Source of the DNA: Vibrio vulnificus CMCP6
GTDB lineage: Bacteria; Pseudomonadota; Gammaproteobacteria; Enterobacterales; Vibrionaceae
Length of the DNA stretch: 32,000 nucleotides
NCBI RefSeq assembly: GCF_000039765.1
Contig: NC_004460.2
Coordinates: forward strand, 840,001-872,000
Reading direction: 5' to 3'
The notes beneath the pieces are model-generated. The model saw only the letters and a program-made list of their open reading frames with translations. It searched no databases and had not been told where the DNA came from. Within the stretch, counting starts at the first letter, position 1; every line of letters starts with the position of its first letter. Made by a program: the position numbers and the translations under genes. This document shows positions 28,137-32,000 of the stretch, piece after piece.

Positions 28137-30185
28137 TTACGAAGCGCGTAAACAATCTTGCTCAAACGTCAATGCAATCAACTGACTAAATGGCATCGGT
28201 TTGTAAAAATAGTACCCTTGGACAAGGTGTATCCCCAGTTGGGAGACAAAGTTCAGCTCAATTTCGGTTTCCACCCCTTCCACCACAATTTCTGCTCCAG
28301 TGGTTTTCACGATCTCAGTGGTCAAACGAAAGAGCTCTCTGCCCTTATGGTTATCCAGATTGAGCACCAACGAACGGTCGATTTTCACTTTGTCGAAATC
28401 GAACTTAGAGAGGTATCCTATGGATGAGTAGCCAGATCCAAAATCATCGAGTGCGATTTGTACCCCTTTCCCTCTGAGTTTGTCCAACACACGTTGTGTT
28501 TGTTTGGCATCCTGAATCAGCAGCTCTTCGGTGATCTCCAGTTCCACTTGATGAAAATCCAGAGCACTCTCTTCGATCATGTTAATTATACGACTGGCGA
28601 AATCCGCAACTAAACAAGTTTCTGGTGAGATGTTAATCGACACTTTGAAACACGGATTGCTCGCTAAAGGTGACACTTCACATAAAGCGGTCCTCACGAC
28701 CCATAAATCCAGCTCAGATGTGAGTCCTAACAAGCGAAAATCATTGAGGAAGTAAGGCGGTGTGATCTGCCCTGAATGGTCTTGATGACGGATCAACACT
28801 TCAACGGAGTTGATCTGCTGCTTATCCGTATCAAACTGCGGCTGGTAAAAGAGCACAAAGTCACCACTCAGTTTCAACTTCGCGACGCGCTGCTGTGCGG
28901 AAAATTTTTCCATCATTTCAGGAAACAATGCCCCCGCCGTTTTGCCGTTGTCCAACGCTTCATAGTCAAAAAAATCGTCCGAAGCGGATTTAAACAACGT
29001 GGTATCAGCGTTGGCTATTTGGTCCATACGACGAAAGAAGGGGTAATAAATCAGAATACCCGCCAAGATAATAATGGCTTGCAATAGAGTGGCAGAAAGA
29101 TGCCCTCCGGTTGCGATATAACCACTCCATAATGGGGGACTCATCCAGCTGATGATCTCTGACACTGGTGGTACTAGCCCAAATAACGTGGCGTAGTATG
29201 CGGTCACTAACCCTACAACCGGCACCAACAAGAAAGGGATGATCAAAATGGGGTTAAACATAATTGGCAAACCGAAGATCACCGGCTCATTGATATTGAA
29301 AATGCTTAATACCAATACCGCGATCCCTAGAGAACGATACGCTTTGTGCTTGGTGAGTAAAATCATGCAGATCACTAAGCTCAAGGTATTACCTGCGCCC
29401 CCCATTCCTGCATAAATGTCATAGAAGTTACTTGTCAGGATGGGGAGTTCACTCCCGGTTTGCGCACTCACCTGCAAAGCATTGTGAGTCAACTCATACA
29501 ACTCCGCTTTATAAGGTGCGAGCACGATATGGCCATTAATGCCAACACTCCAAAAGAGGTTTCTGACTACCTCATAAATCACACCGTGCGAAAGGCATTC
29601 GAGTGTCAACTTCGGCAATGCCCACTCTGAGAGATGGGGGAAATCAACTAACCACTCTAAGGCGTAACCTAATGAGGTGTAGAACAACACCAACAAGAAT
29701 GTCGAGAGCACGAGGTTAATTGACTGGTCGACAACGCTCGGAAGCTTGGATTGAACAAACCAATCGCGCTTGGAGACAAAACGAATCGACAAACTCACCA
29801 AGGTTGGGATGATGATCGCCAGAGGATAATTGCTTGGCACTATGGTGCCTACTTGCAACAAACCCCAGTTATGACAAATGACAAAATAGATCACCATGGC
29901 TGGCGTGATCACCGTGACTTTTGACAGCTTGTGCAACGAAGCGAGAAATAAACTGTAGTAAACCAGCAAAAGAATCGGGAAAAGGCGCCAGATAATATCA
30001 CTCGCGACCAAAACGTGCTCTGCGGCCTGAGTGTATCCAGTGATATTGAGCAGGTTACTGATCAAGATACTAAATGCAGAAATCAACGAGATTGGTAATA
30101 GCATGACAAATGTATTACATAACCCGTTTAAATAAGCATTGCTGGATAACGTTGTTAGAAGAGAAATTAAGGGTGATTTTTTCAT
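28137..30185 (-). CDS. PTS sugar-specific EIIC (lactose/cellobiose-type) domain fused to a C-terminal EAL (c-di-GMP phosphodiesterase-like) domain
   Basis: Residues ~1-390 polytopic EIIC with LSIFNINEPVIFGLPIMFNPILIIPF and NLFWSVGINGHIV; residues ~430-682 EAL domain with EVLIRH, VSINIS, EITEELLI, LDDFGSGYSS, KVKIDRSLV, IVVEGVETE, VQGYYFYKPM. Confidence 0.9.
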   Translation of the reverse strand: MKKSPLISLLTTLSSNAYLNGLCNTFVMLLPISLISAFSILISNLLNITGYTQAAEHVLVASDIIWRLFPILLLVYYSLFLASLHKLSKVTVITPAMVIYFVICHNWGLLQVGTIVPSNYPLAIIIPTLVSLSIRFVSKRDWFVQSKLPSVVDQSINLVLSTFLLVLFYTSLGYALEWLVDFPHLSEWALPKLTLECLSHGVIYEVVRNLFWSVGINGHIVLAPYKAELYELTHNALQVSAQTGSELPILTSNFYDIYAGMGGAGNTLSLVICMILLTKHKAYRSLGIAVLVLSIFNINEPVIFGLPIMFNPILIIPFLLVPVVGLVTAYYATLFGLVPPVSEIISWMSPPLWSGYIATGGHLSATLLQAIIILAGILIYYPFFRRMDQIANADTTLFKSASDDFFDYEALDNGKTAGALFPEMMEKFSAQQRVAKLKLSGDFVLFYQPQFDTDKQQINSVEVLIRHQDHSGQITPPYFLNDFRLLGLTSELDLWVVRTALCEVSPLASNPCFKVSINISPETCLVADFASRIINMIEESALDFHQVELEITEELLIQDAKQTQRVLDKLRGKGVQIALDDFGSGYSSIGYLSKFDFDKVKIDRSLVLNLDNHKGRELFRLTTEIVKTTGAEIVVEGVETEIELNFVSQLGIHLVQGYYFYKPMPFSQLIALTFEQDCLRAS

Positions 30186-30446
30186 TAGACCAGATTATTC
30201 CAAACACCAGGTCTTAAGGCATCTTTTCTTTATTTTTATAGAGAATTGAATTCCAAGACAAATTTAGAAGAATTAGCCACCTGAAATTCCATTTAAGTTC
30301 AACTGAAAACAGTAGAAAGTTGATCGTTCAACTGAGGCAAAATACATTCATCACTATTATTTCAATCCTTGTTGTATTTATATATAAAATAAACAAAAGA
30401 TAAATATGACAAGATGAACTATCATTCCAAATTATGACAACGCCAC

Positions 30447-30477
30447 AATTAGGGGCGTGAACATTACGCCCCTAATT
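30447..30477. terminator. Strong hairpin downstream of the mscS-family gene
   Basis: Perfect 12-bp stem AATTAGGGGCGT (30447-30458) / ACGCCCCTAATT (30466-30477); no long T-run. Confidence 0.5.
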
Positions 30478-30520
30478 TGGCATCGTCCATTCAAGATTTC
30501 AATCCTGACGATAGTGATTT

Positions 30521-31366
30521 TCAATTAATTGAACGAGGATAACATTCTTCATAGAGGGACATAAAATCTTGACGAATCAAGCTTTCAAGATGAACAGCCT
30601 TTTCCGTAGGACAGAAAATCATAAAATTCACCACTTGCTCGCCTGCGGCTGCGCTCGTGATATGAATATGAGGCTCTGCTCCTGGCAAATCAACGCCAGC
30701 GTGTTTTTCGATCATCGTATTATAACGTTTTGCAACGTCTAAAAAATAATGACAGTGTTCTTCGATTTTAATTTCTAAATCAGCCAGCAAAGGATAAAGA
30801 TTCACAAAATCCGGCACCACAATTGAAAAATGATGGTACACATAACGCTTCATAAAATTGAGGTTTTTTACCGGATAAGTAAAAAACATGCTATTCGGCA
30901 AGGTAATCGTCTTCCCTGTGTAATGATATTGCCCGTGATGCAAATCGATTTCTTGGATCACGGTCGCCATCATATTGTGATCTATCACTTCACCGGCAAT
31001 TTTTCCCACTTCAATCCAGTCGCCGACTCGGAAAGAGCGAGAACTGGCTCGCTGGATAGAACCGGTAAAACAGAGAATAATTTCTTTCGACGCCACCACA
31101 ATCGCAACGGCAATGGCGGTCACCGATAGCGCAAACTGGTTGATTTCCGATTGCCACAAAACAAACAGAATTAAGCTGGTGATGGCAAAGGCACCGTTTT
31201 TTGTCCGAGACATCCAACTGCGCTGCTTCTCGGTGATAAATGCCGCTTCCCCACGGATACGAGACAGCACTAACTGCCTAATCATGATAATGAACAGGAT
31301 GATCAGTGCGGTGAAAAAAAGCTTATGTTGAAGCAAGAAATCAATAACGAGCTGTAACTTTTGCAA
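30521..31366 (-). CDS. MscS-family mechanosensitive ion channel
   Basis: Membrane segments then FTGSIQRASSRSFRVGDWIEVGKIAGEVIDHNMMATVIQEID...GKTITLPNSMFFTYPVKNL, typical MscS beta-domain. TTG start at 31366 with AAGGA upstream. Confidence 0.9.
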   Translation of the reverse strand: MQKLQLVIDFLLQHKLFFTALIILFIIMIRQLVLSRIRGEAAFITEKQRSWMSRTKNGAFAITSLILFVLWQSEINQFALSVTAIAVAIVVASKEIILCFTGSIQRASSRSFRVGDWIEVGKIAGEVIDHNMMATVIQEIDLHHGQYHYTGKTITLPNSMFFTYPVKNLNFMKRYVYHHFSIVVPDFVNLYPLLADLEIKIEEHCHYFLDVAKRYNTMIEKHAGVDLPGAEPHIHITSAAAGEQVVNFMIFCPTEKAVHLESLIRQDFMSLYEECYPRSIN

Positions 31367-31577
31367 CTTATGTCCTTAGATGTACTGCGATTCTGAGTTG
31401 GTGTCCAAGCGCCATCACTTTATAAAAAGCAAATCCAGAGCGCAATTTGCAGATGAAAAAACGTTAACCACTGGCGATTTCTAGCAAATATCACTCATTT
31501 ATAAGATAAGTAAGCGCAAAATAGAAAACACCTCAAGGGAAAGCTATGCGCCGTTTCCTCTGATTAACGTGAATGAT

Positions 31578-32000
31578 TTAACGGTATTTGGCTGAGGTAA
31601 TGAACTGACTGAAGGTTTCACACCAAACGATCGCCGTTGTGTAGTTTGCCACGTCAACATCACTTGGAATGGGCAGAATAAAGCGGTCAAATGTTTTGAC
31701 ATCTCCAACACGGACCAACTGCTCTTTGTTGGCTAAGAAGTCAGCTTCTGTCTCAATAAACGTTGGCGATAGATAAAGCTTATAGTCGGGACCTGGAGCG
31801 AGTTCACCCAAAAAAGCAATACTTTGCGCATCAATCACAAGCTTACCTTCTCCCCAATGTAAGAAATCGCTGTCAGCACGATCGCGGCTAAATTCCCCTT
31901 GATAACTTGGGGCAAGCATGACGCTTGCAACCGCCTGTTGAGAGGGGCTCGTAGGTTGAATCAAAATCGGCAGAAGATAAATCCCTAACCCAATACCACA
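31578..32000 (-). CDS. DM13-domain protein with N-terminal membrane segment (truncated by window end)
   Basis: Frame stays open to base 32000 (CGIGLGIYLLPILIQPTSPSQQAV...); GEFSRDRADSDFLHWGEGKLVI...LAPGPDYKLYLSPTF...YTTAIVWCETFSQFITSAKYR matches the DM13 pattern. Confidence 0.78.
   Translation of the reverse strand, partial: CGIGLGIYLLPILIQPTSPSQQAVASVMLAPSYQGEFSRDRADSDFLHWGEGKLVIDAQSIAFLGELAPGPDYKLYLSPTFIETEADFLANKEQLVRVGDVKTFDRFILPIPSDVDVANYTTAIVWCETFSQFITSAKYR

Noticed and set aside
25087-31366. Idea that the phosphatase-like gene, EIIC-EAL gene and MscS channel form a new signalling or defence operon
   Set aside because: They share a strand but have separate terminator-like hairpins and large gaps between them, and no defence-type effector or sensor pairing is evident.
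1-32000. CRISPR arrays, toxin-antitoxin pairs, restriction systems, retrons, prophage genes
   Set aside because: I looked for regularly spaced repeats, reverse transcriptase motifs, transposase or integrase proteins and small toxin-like gene pairs and found none that could be supported.

Overview
This 32 kb window looks like ordinary gammaproteobacterial chromosome. Gene content and tRNAs are most consistent with Vibrio, which is an inference from recalled families because no search was run. From left to right it holds: the 3' end of a cytosine deaminase gene (codA); a Lon-like (S16) protease; a small TPR-like protein with a YejF-type double-ATPase ABC protein; a prolyl oligopeptidase family enzyme; a LysR regulator divergent from a complete lactate-utilisation locus (lldP, lldE/lutA, lldF/lutB, lldG/lutC, dld-II); an XRE-type regulator; a VIT/vWA surface protein with a GlyGly-CTERM-like tail; an MFS-PlsC fusion; an alpha/beta hydrolase; an outer-membrane beta-barrel protein; a tRNA-Ser/Phe/Asn cluster; an MBL-fold hydrolase; a large exported alkaline-phosphatase-superfamily protein; a PTS EIIC-EAL fusion; an MscS-family channel; and a DM13-domain protein cut by the window edge. 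I found no CRISPR array, transposase, integrase or phage module. I do not see a convincing new multi-gene defence or mobile system. The most worthwhile leads are the orphan EIIC-EAL fusion, the vWA/VIT protein with a GlyGly-CTERM tail and no nearby sortase, the uncharacterised ~315 aa N-terminal region of the phosphatase-like protein, and a nested palindromic element between lldP and lldE.
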